Source: Nageia nagi
Taxonomy: Eukaryota > Plantae > Pinophyta
Length of the DNA stretch: 64,000 nucleotides
Reading direction: 5' to 3'
NCBI GenBank assembly: GCA_050084985.1
Contig: JBITNC010000002.1
Span: 26,102,001 to 26,166,000, forward strand
Shown: positions 52,701-63,960 of the stretch, one piece after another
Layout: each line of letters opens with the position of its first letter
Position numbering within the stretch: position 1 is the stretch's first letter
Program-made: the position numbers and the translations under genes
The notes under the pieces: generated by a model
The model's database searches: none
Told to the model about the DNA's origin: nothing
Seen by the model: only the letters and a program-made list of their open reading frames with translations

Positions 52701-54270
52701 CCATAGTGAACCTTAGCCTACTGTTCCCTAAAAGGTTTCAATAGTAGGGGATAGGGGTAGGAATGAGAATGAGGATAAAGGACTATGAAAATGGTATCTA
52801 TTTTAAAAAAATTAACTTAAACAGAACATTAATATTCACTTTTCTTAAAATAATTTATGATAGAATACATATTTTAGATTAACTTAGTTTTCTTGTGTCA
52901 TGATTATTTTAAGAAAACTAAAATATGCAATCCTAAGCTAATAACTATGATAAAACTTTTATAGAACTCAATATCACAATCATTAGTTTGTTCTTTAGAA
53001 GTAAATTTCATAACTTTAATCCTTTGGATAGATAACCACATATTCATCCCTTAAAGTTGATGTGTATTGGATCTCACCCTTCATCATCCCTCGTAGTTCA
53101 ATTGGAACAACTCAAGACATGTGAGAGGCATTGCAAAGGTGTTAGAATTTGTAATGAAATATTGTGAATATCTAAACTCTTTGTAAGTTCAATTAATCAC
53201 TTAAAGGATATGTAAACACCTTAAGGGATTAATTGAATTCTTTATTATGTGTGGACTTTGACCTTACCATGAGGTTAGTTGGTAGGTTAAAGTTAGGTCA
53301 TACATTTATTGTAACCCTAACCTTACCCTTGGGTTAAAGGGAGGTTAGGGAGGTGCTCTCAAGCTATAAATAGAGGCCTCTCCTCTTGTAACATAACTAA
53401 GTTTTGGAGTAAGATTACTCTACTAGTTTGCGTAGGAGAGGAAGAGAATAGTTGTAAGAGGGGCATACTTGAGAATTGAGATACTAGTTGTGGATGTACT
53501 CCCAAGGAGGGAGGAACCACATTACACTTATGTTATCTTGTGAATGGTTTTATGTTGAATGATTGAGCTTCCTAGTCTTGGACCTTGAGAATTAGAGTAG
53601 TGCTAATTCTCTCAATTGGTATCTAGAGCTTGGTGTGGAAGCTCTTCTTCTACATCTCGGAGGTTCTTCATCCTTCTTCATTCCTTATCTTACACCCCAT
53701 TGGTGAGGTAAAACTAAGAGAAGGTATAAATTTTCTCCTCATTTGGTTATCTTATGGATTATTGCATTAGATACTAACATATTTTGTGAGATATTGGAGC
53801 TTATTTTTTGCAAAATATGATCAAAATGGCAATGCAAGCATTTTTTTATACTAACCTCTTATGTTAGTAGCTTTGTTTTACAAAATGCTTAATACATGAT
53901 ATACCTTTTAAGAGGATACTATGTAATGCAAATATTTTTACTAACATTTTGTTTGTTAGTAGTATTGATCAATAACTCTATTATAAGCATTGCTAAGGTG
54001 TAATATTTACATAATACCTTATTTCTTCTCTAAATTGTTTTATTTTTGCAAAAAAAATTCAATGCAAATAGAGGGAAATAATTTTTAGAGGCAATTTTTT
54101 AAAAACAAATATGGGGATATTCGCCCTCTCTCAATTTTTTTACATATGTTATTGTTGAAATAAAAAGTGGAGGACTTTATTTACAAAGTTTTTGAAATAT
54201 TTACAATATTTTTTTTACATATAAAAATCAAAAATTATAAAATTTTGGGGAGGGGGGGACAAAATAAACG

Positions 54271-54710
54271 GTACATTGAGGGTCTGTAAATTGTTTGACA
54301 AAATGCCTCATCGAGATGCAGTCGCGTTCAATGATCGTAGAATATGCACAAAATTGGGTACATTAAGGGTCTGTAAATTATTTGACAAAATGCCTCATCG
54401 AGATGCAGTCGTGATTGTAGAATATGCACAAAATTGGGTCTATGAATTGTTTGACAAAGTGCCTCGATGAAATGCAGTCTATGGACTGCAATGCTCGTTC
54501 AGTGTGCACAAAATGGATACGTTGAAAGTCTGATAGAGTGCCTCAACGTTCCCCCTCGCAATGCAAAAGCAAGAAATCCCAAGCACTCTTGGGACTCGAA
54601 TCTCTGACCATGTCACTCCTCTCATCTAATCGTTATACTGCTGACATGTTTCTATGGACTGCAATAATTGCATATATATGCACAAAACTTGGTGAGGTCT
54701 ACGAATTGGT
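54271..54710 (+). pseudogene. Captured PPR gene fragments (tandem S-type motifs) in the copia B leader
   Basis: VCKLFDKMPHRDAV twice, YELFDKVPR, and WTAM/WTAII...AQNG-like pieces, matching PLS PPR consensus LFDKMPxRDVVSWTAMIxGYAQNG. Confidence 0.85.
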
Positions 54711-54758
54711 GAGTCCTCACATGAGCGGTAGGCGTTGCAAGCTGCAATACCACCCAAC

Positions 54759-55260
54759 TGTTAGAATTTGTAATGAAATATTGTGAATATCTAAACTCCT
54801 TGTAAGTTCAATTAATCACTTAAAGGATATGTAGATACCTTAAGGGATTAATTGAATTCTTTATTATGTGTGGACTTTGACCTAACCATGGGGTTAGTTG
54901 GTAGGTTAAAGTTAGGTCACACATTTATTGTAACCCTAACCTTACCCTTGGGTTAAAGGGAGGTTAGGGAGGTGCTCTCAAGCTATAAATAGAGGGCCTC
55001 TCCTCTTGTAAACACATCTAAGTTTTGGAGTAAGATTACTCTACTTGGTTGTGTAGGAGAGAGCAAGAGAATAGTTGTAAGAGAGGCATACTTGAGAATA
55101 GAGAACTAGTTGTGGATGTACTCCCAAGGAGGGAGGAACCACATTATATTGGTGTCATATTGTGTGAATGTGTTAGTAGCTTGTAGATGTTGCATGTTGA
55201 ATGTGATTGAGCTTTCTATAGTCTTGGACCTTGCGAATTAGAGTAGTGCTAATTCTCTCA
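54759..55260 (+). mobile_element. Solo LTR of the copia B family nested within B
   Basis: Third copy of the B LTR with its own perfect TSD CCAAC (54754-54758, 55261-55265) and no adjacent PBS or PPT. Confidence 0.93.
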
Positions 55261-57481
55261 CCAACAGACTGCGTTGGCCCGCCACGTTTGACCTGCATGC
55301 CCCTGCAGCCTCCTTCCTCACCAACCAGGTCACTCTGTGCACCTTTGCATCTCCCTCACATGCATGCCATCTACAGCAGTCTCCTCCTCTCTCTGCTCTA
55401 TAGTAAGCACTCTCCTCCCTCTCCTCTTGCGCTCCTCCTCTCAGTTGCCAACCTCCTCTTCCTCCTGCACGCAATGGTTCAGCCATATACTCTTCTCCTC
55501 CTTCACCATATACTCTTCTCCTATGCATGAACACCATCACCTCCATTGCTCCCTTTGGACTCCCTCCATTGGTTGTCTTCTAGTGCCTCCATGTAGGTCA
55601 TCCTGCTTCCCACGGTCAAGTGTGATGGCTGCCCCACCTTTTGCAAGTCTTCTGTCATTTAATGCACTTAGAAGCATTAAGTTCTTATTGACCACTTGCA
55701 AATATGCACTTCCAAAAGCAAACGTATACTTCTTAGGCATTTAATATTTTACAATTCAATTGCTCCCATTTAATGCACTTAAGAGTAATTAGAATATTTC
55801 TAATATTGACCACTTTTTACCTTCTATGCTCCTCCACAAAGCAATGTATGCTCTTCTTGGTAGAAGAAAAAGGGGGGGTCATTTTTTTAAGTACTAACAT
55901 GCAATTAATTTTGTTTTTTACCAACTAGAAAGGGGATTTGATTTTTTTTACCACCTAAGTCTTAAGGACCCAACCAAACCCCTTGAGCATTAATTTTTGT
56001 TAACTACTCCCAAGAGGCAACGTATACTCCTTCTTGGTAAGGGAAGGGTAGCCATCCTTTTTTTTACCAAAAGCATTTATTTGTTTTTTGACTTAGAGTA
56101 TTTTTTTCTTATTTGGAAAGCTTTGGTAGAAGAAGCATTAAATATGCATGAAGTAGGGGTATGGGTCTCCTTCTTTTTCCATTTAATTCTTGGAGACTTG
56201 GTAAGTAGTGAATATTTTTAACTTATTTTTACAATAAGGTCAAAAATATTTTTAAGTTAAACTTAGCTTACTTTTTTAAAAAATGCTTAGAATATTTTTA
56301 ATATTGCATGTTTAATTTACTAAGGTGCACATGCAATTTCTAGAATGCCAACCTCTTAGCATTTTTTTCTCTCTAAGCATGGTAATTTGCTAAGGTAATC
56401 TAAGTATTTTTTTAAGTAAATAAGGGAATTTTTTTACTTAAAATGCATACTTAAAAGACAAGTTTTAGCATACAAGTTTTTAGGGATAAAATTTTAAGTG
56501 AAAAGGGGGAATTTGTATAATTTTTACCTAAAACTTTATCTAGATCTTGCATGCTAAACTTGTGATGCATGTCTCTTAATCTTGTTTGAGGAATAAAGCA
56601 TGCTTAGGACTTAAAATTTTAAGTTAAATAATGCATGATTATTACTTAATTTTTAAGTCATGGAACAATGCATGTTTAAATTATGGATTAATGCTAAGTA
56701 GGACTTAGTTCTTTTTTTTTTAAATTCATTAAGTGTTTGAATGAATTTATGAAATTGAGCAAAGTATGCAAAAATGTAAAATGTCCTTTAGGGTTAGTAC
56801 AAAACCCATTGGACTTTTAAAGGTTTTACAAGCTCGTATGGATGATGTATTTTTACTTTACTTTATATTTTTGCACAATTGCTTTATACTTGCAAAACAC
56901 AAATATTAAAAGTAACCCCTAAAATGAACACATATGCACGTACTTTTCCACAACATGACTTGTTTGGGGAACCATGAGGGGAGGATAGGGTAGACTGGAG
57001 CCCTTTTAGTTCGAAGAGCCAAGTGGTGGTAAGTCCATCTTAATTACCCCTAAGACCTCTGTTGGATTGGACATAACTCTATTAGGTGGATAGGCATGTG
57101 TGTAGTGATACCACATGTCTGCACGTCCATTCAGGGATTATCCTGATAACCTAGGAGGAAAACTGAAAACCTTAATCAAGATAATTAAAATGGTCGATCC
57201 AAGATACGTCGGATCCTTAGAAAATAGTTGGTACTTCTCCTTGTGAGAGTATATTACTGACCAAGGTGAACTGGTTGAGGATTGGTAGTACCTGGGCTCC
57301 ACCTTGCGAGCATCTAGGTGAAGGCCTAATTCTATACAAGAAAACAACCCCAACCTTATTCCTCTACGGATCGTGGTTTATAAGTTTGCAAATGTGGGAC
57401 ATGTTTACTTATGTTTGATTTGTATAGATGGAAACTTGTAAAAATTTGCATTCTTATTGCATATTTACTTTTGTACAGATA

Positions 57482-59104
57482 ATGGTTGAAACCTTCATAC
57501 CCAAGCATATAGTCGACGGTTCCAACTTTGGCATATGGGAACCTTGTATGAGAGCTAAGTTACAAGCAAGGAAGCTATGGCAGACAGTTAATGAAGACAC
57601 GGTCGCTCCTACAGATGAGAAGGCTCTTGAAATCTACAACTCAAAGAATGAGTTAGCAACTTCAATGATCTATCGAGCAGTTTCAGATGACATCCTTCTC
57701 ATGATCTCTTCTTCAACATCAGTAAAAGAAGCTTGGGATAGACTGAAGAAGATTTACCTTTGGTCAAAATTTTCAAGGAGGTTCACCATTCTACAAAATT
57801 TGTTGCAATATCGTCAAGGTGAAGATGAAAGTGCTTCTATCTACTTGAACAAAATCATTGACCTCAAGACATAACTGGTTGGCTGTGGGTGCAACTGGAT
57901 CAATGATGAGTTCATGGTCTTCATCATTCTTCAAAGCCTCTCTACAAAGTTCGATAACTTTGTCACATTTATGGAGACTAGGCTCGATGATGAAGAAGAT
58001 GTCATCTCTCTTGACAACCTTTCTAGACTCCTTCTGAAGCATGAGGAAACTTTGAACAAGAAAATGTTGAACCTTTCTCCAAAGGATAATAGCATTGCTC
58101 TAAGAGCAACCAAAACTCCTTTCAAGAAGACATTCAAACATTATAAATTCAAGGATAACAAATCCTCATCTACCATCAGGAAGCACGATAACTTCAAGCA
58201 AAGGAATGACAAAGTTGGATCAAGCAAACCAACACCGTAGGAAAAGTTTGATGGAAATTGTAACTTTTGTGGCATCTTTGGGCACAAAGAGTATGATTGT
58301 CGCAAAAAGAAATTTGCTCAAAAAGGCAAGGGAAATGCAAATGTGAGAAATTTCAATAATAAAAAGAAGAACAAGCATGCTGCTACTGTTGCCTACTACT
58401 CAATGACTCAAACTATTTCAAATGATTGGATTGTTGATTCAGGATGCACTAATCACATGTGTTATAAAAAGGATAAGTTTGAAAACTTTCACAAGTACAA
58501 CAAGGATACAGTTGTGATAGGTGATAATACAGTCCTTGATGTTTAAGGAATAGGGAATGTGAAGATTCATGGAAAGACTCTTGATAATGTCTTTTATGTG
58601 CCTAAGCTAAGGATGAATCTTATCTTCGTAATTCAGATTACAAGGAAAGGATGCTCATTTGAGTTTACCTCACACTCCTGATGTGTTAAGAAAGGACTTG
58701 CCACTTTGATGAAAGGATCAGTAAAAAATGACCTTTATATTGTGGATCAAGTTCCTTCAAAGATTTGTCTTGCTGCAAATGTGTGTTCCAACTTGATGTC
58801 AAGAGACTCTTTGGCTAAGAATCTTGTGTTCCATCAGAGAACCAAACATGTGGAAATCCAAGCCCATTTTATCAGGGAGAAGGTTCTAGATGACATCATA
58901 CACTTGGAGTATTGTCCATCTACTGAAAACTCCGCTGATTTATTCACCAAGCCCCTTCCTGAAGCTCAGTTCAACAAGCTTAGGGATTCTCTCGGGTTGG
59001 TGAAGTTGCCCTCAAGGGGGAGTGAAGTTTTAACTTTTGTTAGTGATGACAACTTCACCTCTAAGAGGCCTTTTTTGATTGTACATTCTAGACCTCCGTG
59101 GTAA
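57482..59104 (+). pseudogene. Copia B gag-protease fused to the RNase H C-terminus (INT and RT deleted)
   Basis: MVETFIPKH...; zinc knuckle CNFCGIFGHKEYDC; PR WIVDSGCTNHM; then SKICLAANVCS joined in frame to LAKNLVFHQRTKHVEIQAHFIREKV. A few in-frame stops. Confidence 0.92.
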
Positions 59105-59470
59105 GTTTGCTCTACGTGACAAACTTGTTGTACAATTGTTGTTATAGAGTGTTGATTATTTTATACCTCCGTGGTAAGTTTGCTCTGCATGACAAACTTG
59201 TACATTTTATACCTCCTTGGTAAGTTTGCTCTGCGTGACAAACTTATTGTACATTTTTATACCTTCGTGGTAAGTTTGCTCTGCGTGACAAACTTGTTGT
59301 ACATTTTATACCTCCGTGGTGAGTTTGCTCTGTGTGAGAAACTCGTTGTACAAATTTTTTGAGCATATAATTAATATACCTCCGTGGTAAGTTCGCTCTG
59401 CGTGATGAACTTGTTGTACATTCTATACCTTCGTGGTGAGTTTGCTCTACGTGAGAAACTCGTTGTACAA
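59092..59470 (+). repeat. 3'-UTR tandem array, 7 units of about 48 bp, each a predicted hairpin
   Basis: Consensus ACCTCCGTGGTAAGTTTGCTCTGCGTGACAAACTTGTTGTACATTTTAT with internal inverted repeat AAGTTTG/CAAACTT. Confidence 0.93.
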
Positions 59471-60688
59471 TTTTTTATGCTCTATTAATAATCAACACAT
59501 GTCTATATACAACAGGTGACTATGAGTGATGGCTTGGCATCTCCGTGATGACTTATAGTGCACCATTGATAAGTTATTTATAAGATGGCATTATTTGATT
59601 CTTTTATTTGAATATATGATGCATCTAACTGATTTTGTGCATGAGTTGCTTGTAGCATGCAGGATCTTCTTCAGAAATGCAGGTTACTCACCTTGTGAAA
59701 GCAAGCTCATGGAGACTCACATGTCAGCTTAAAGTTGATCGACTACTATGTACAGTGAAACCAGTTGTGGTTAATGATTATATTGTAAACCATTTTGTCA
59801 AATGGTAATGTAGTGAGTCTCATACTAGTTCTCAAAAAGATTCTCAAATATGTAAATGTTCTCATCTCCACTTGTATCTCTATGGAGGAGAACTCTCTCT
59901 TACTCTCTCTCTTCTCTCTTCTACGCTCTATCCCAATATTGCATTAAGGGGAGTGTTAGAATTTGTAATGAAATATTGTGAATATCTAAACTCCTTGTAA
60001 GTTCAATTAATCACTTAAAGGATATGTAGATACCTTAAGGGATTAATTGAATTCTTTATTATGTGTGGACTTTGACCTTACCATAAGGTTAGTTGGTAGG
60101 TTAAAGTTAGGTCATACATTTATTGTAACCCTAACCCTACCCTTGGGTTAAAGGGAGGTTAGGGAGGTGCTCTCAAGCTATAAATAGAGGGCATCTCCTA
60201 TTGTAACATAACTAAGTTTTGGAGTAAGATTACTCTACTAGTTTGTGTAGGAGAGGAAGAGAATAGTTGTAAGAGGGGCATACTTGAGAATTGAGATACT
60301 AGTTGTGGATGTACTCCCAAGAAGGAGGAACCACATTACACTTGTGTTATCTTGTGAATGGTGTTATGTTGAATGATTGAGCTTCCTAGTCTTGAGAATT
60401 AGAGTAGTGCTAATTCTCTCAAAAGGGAGTATTATCTTATTCAAATTCAATTTAATATTATTAATAAAATCCATATGAACACTTAATTTCACACTTCTCT
60501 TAAGAGGCCCAAGATATCTAAGTCTTTTAGGCATTCAAAATTATGTAGGAATCCCATACACAAAACTGTAAAAAAATACAAGTTCCAATAATATGAAGAT
60601 TGTAAGAGATATGAGTTCACCAAAATGTATTAAAAACTAAGTAATAAAAATCTAGTTAATTAATACAATACATTATTGGTATGCCTAA

Positions 60689-60745
60689 GGCCTAGCTTAA
60701 TGGTAAAAGCTTCTCCCTAAGGGTGAGATCCTGGTATCAAATCAT
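60689..60745 (+). mobile_element. tRNA-derived SINE head remnant
   Basis: A-box-like TAGCTTAATGG followed at tRNA-like spacing by B-box-like GGTATCAAATC; no cloverleaf. Confidence 0.45.
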
Positions 60746-61937
60746 ATATAATCAAATGGATGTGTTGTGCCAACACCACTAACTATGTTAAAAAGTTATC
60801 CTATGCAAGTGGGGTTTATAAGAGGATTACTTGATTCATTGAATATAATTGAAAAATGCAATAAACTATTAATGATAAATAACATCTAACAAAAAATGAA
60901 AGAGGTAAATGAGACATTAGATGATACAAATATGAGCAAGCTAATGCAATACATGAAGAGCTTTGTTACAAAACTAAAATGTGTACCTAAAGATAATGGT
61001 GAACCTAAAATAATGTTATAACAATATTTCAAATAATATAAGAATCATAATAGACCTTTAAGAATGCTACATCAACTTCTTTGTACTAATATTTTATCTC
61101 CAAGAACTTAGGTCTAGTTTTTTGAATCTTGATGTATCTTCTATTAATTATGACCTATGAACAAAAGAGAGATTTGCTTTAATGGACAAAGTTTCCTCAA
61201 TAAAAATCATTCTCCATCATTTAAAGACTAAATTCCAAATTTGTTGCGTAAATGAATGTTATCATGTAGTGTGTGAATTTCCAAAAATTGCATATATTGT
61301 ATGTTTATAATACTTTCATATTAGATATAAAATATAAAGTCTCTTTAAAATGAAATAGTAAATCTGCTTAAATACATTTTGATATGTCCAAACAAGTATG
61401 ATAATTAACATCGTGAAACAAGATTATTATACTTTTTTTAAAAGAAAAATTAAATGGATCAAAGAAATAAATATTTACTATTTTTAAAAACTAAGTAAAA
61501 CAAGATTGTTAAACTACTTAAAAAAATATTATAATACATATTCAAATATCTTCATCAAAGAAAGTTGATGACTATTTGAAACTCTCAAGTTGAAAAAGAG
61601 AGAACCTAGGTTTACATACCTCTCTCTATTACTATTATCATCGGGGATTCTAACATAAACATTCAATCTATTCAAAGGTATTACCTTACCATTATGATGA
61701 GAGGTTCAATGTGCATCAACTAATAGGGCTCTTCATTATTCTTAATGAATGGTTAACTAATGCCTTTTCTCTTTGTTCCACCACCCCTTTTATATGTAAC
61801 TATTTGTATGAAAAGATTACAAATATGCTAAATCTAAGTAATGATTTCCTACTAATATAATTGCATAAAACTCTAAGACAACTTTGTCCGAAATGAATCC
61901 TACCAAAATTTTAATACAACAAAGGTGTTTAAAAAAA

Positions 61938-62526
61938 GGACAAATATCAAAAATACCTTTATAATTTCATATAATATCAAAAATACCCTACTGTTTTTGA
62001 AATATCAAAAATACCCTTAGAGATAAAAATTAAAAGAAAACAAATACAATAATAAATATGGAATAAGAAAACCACTATTAAATTATAAATAATATAGTTT
62101 ATATAATATATATACATATATATAAACTATTAGTAAAATATAAATATACAATTTCAATTAATAAAAATAAAATATTTAATACATTTTTATGTACATAATT
62201 TGTAAAATATATTTATATTTTAATAAATTTTTTCTTAAATTAAATAATTTCACATAAAATTTACAAATTATATTTATAAGGGTATTTTTTAAATAGTTTG
62301 ACTATTTTTTATGTAATTTAAAATGATAATATAAAAATATCTTTATAAAATACTATCATAATTTTATGTAATATCAAAAATATATATTATAATATAATTT
62401 ATAAATTTTTTTATTTAATATTTATTTTTTTAATTTTTATTTATAAAAATATTTTTGATATTTTAAAAAAGTAAACGTATTTTTGATATTATGTGAAATT
62501 ACAAAGGTTTTTTGGATATTTTATCC
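61938..62526. mobile_element. Mutator-like MITE / foldback element with about 120-bp TIRs
   Basis: Left end GGACAAATATCAAAAATACCTTTATAATTTCATATAATATCAAAAATAC vs revcomp of right end GGATAAAATATCCAAAAAACCTTTGTAATTTCACATAATATCAAAAATAC. AT-rich interior; TSD not evident. Confidence 0.75.
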
Positions 62527-62854
62527 ACTAAACATTACCACCGAAATAATCATAAGTATAAATTGAGAAATTGAAGCAATCTTGATATATGCTTCACTAT
62601 TACCCTCTGCCTGGCGTTGGCTTTGACTGCGGGGGAGGAAGAATCGTTGGTTTTGAATAGCAGGTGAGGATTAAGTTCAACTATCAAATGAGCTGAGCTC
62701 ACCAATTCATTCCCTCAAAATTCAAACGGTAAAAGCCTTTCCGGGTCCACTTTCACTATAATTCTAACCAAATATGGCCTCTACAAAGCCTCATTAACAT
62801 TCTATGAAATCTGTTTCTCCACAGAGCAAATTTTCCAAATTTTTCAGTATAACG

Positions 62855-62929
62855 ATGGGTTTAGTAAGTAGATTTGTGTTGTACTGTGTTTTTTCAGCTG
62901 GGATAAGCAGCGGATTTATCTATTCACAA
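62855..62929 (+). CDS. Putative first coding exon of a membrane or secretory protein gene
   Basis: ATG...CAA|GTAAGA encodes the hydrophobic peptide MGLVSRFVLYCVFSAGISSGFIYSQ. It lies in a CpG-retaining island (about 62540-63100) with a candidate 5'-UTR intron CAG|GTGAGG 62664 to TTTTCAG 62847. Confidence 0.5.
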
Positions 62930-63439
62930 GTAAGAGATTCGTTAATTTTGTTTTTGTTTAGTTTCCCGAGAATTTAGGGCTTGTAGGGTTTGAACTTAAT
63001 TTTTAAGAATTTAGTGAAAAGTTGAAGTTAATTTAATGGAATTTGGTAAAACGATCCGGAGAAGTTACAGCTTTGCCCCAAAAATGCTTGACGTGATGCA
63101 ATGTATTCTGTTTTTGAATTTGATTGATATTAGTAAATATGTGGAGAGTTTTGAAATAAATTGTAGACATTGAAGAAGGGAAGGCTTCAAATCGTGGAAA
63201 TAATTCTTACTAGGCTGTAAGCTGATTATGTGTTATTGGAAAAGAATTGACCGAAGTTTATGAATATAATGGATGAAAATTTCCTTACAAACAATAAAAT
63301 GCTTCCATTTGATGTAGTTCCTGAACATTACTGTACATTGTACAATATATGCCGTATGCTGAATAACTTCGTACTTGGTCGTCAAATGTCTCACAATAAT
63401 AAGTTATGAGTTGATCATGCTGTGCCAAAAGAGGACCTC

Positions 63440-63960
63440 GCACATCATCAGATGCATTTCATAGTCTCTTTATCAGCTGTTGAAAAGACTTTTGCTGTGT
63501 ACTTGTCTATCCAGAAATACCCTTGCTTCTTTTTTGAACTAGCTGATTGAGAAGCCAAGAAATGTGAGAAAATCCTTGCACAAATCTGTGATACAAATTA
63601 GCCAATCCCAAGAAAATACAAAATTCTAGGATGTCTTTTGGAGCAGGCAATGCTGAATGACCTGGATCTTTTTTGGATCCACATGAATTCCTGTTTTGTC
63701 AACAATGTTGATCCTCAGTTTTTCTGAATTTGCTTACAAGTTATGTATGAGTGCCTGCAATACCTGCTCAATACGGGAACTGTATTCAACCCATGATCTC
63801 CTGTAAATCATAATGTCATCAACACTCACAACAGCAGCAGGATTATCATTAAGGGGATGAAGTATATAGTTCATTAGCTGTACAAGTGTAGCAAACTCAT
63901 TGGCAATATAACCACTCATACAAACCCACCTTAGCCTTGAATGCGGTCTTTTATACCTCA
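63440..63960 (-). pseudogene. Gypsy RT remnant
   Basis: ATLVQLMNYILHP...VVSVDDIMIYRRSWVEY...VLQAL and GIHVDPKKIQVI. Confidence 0.8.

Larger units (their letters stand above)
53140..60421 (+). mobile_element. Ty1/copia element B, non-autonomous internal-deletion derivative related to A
   Basis: LTRs 53140-53614 and 59954-60421 (TGTTAGA...CTCTCA), nearly identical. Perfect TSD AAAGG (53135-53139, 60422-60426). PBS TGGTATCTAGAGC at 53617. PPT AAGGGGAG before 59954. Gag is homologous to A. Confidence 0.95.

Noticed and set aside
57138-57172. Hammerhead-ribozyme-like CTGATAA...GAAAAC
   Set aside because: The core deviates from CUGANGA (A at G8), A has ATGATAA, and no convincing stems I/III or cleavage triplet were found.
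59092-59470. CRISPR-like look of the palindromic repeat array
   Set aside because: No unique spacers of regular length, no cas genes, and it lies in the 3' UTR of a plant retrotransposon.
54759-60421. Calling the middle and right LTRs as the element
   Set aside because: Their flanks do not match (CCAAC vs AAAGG) and there is no PBS after 55260; the true pair is 53140/60421.
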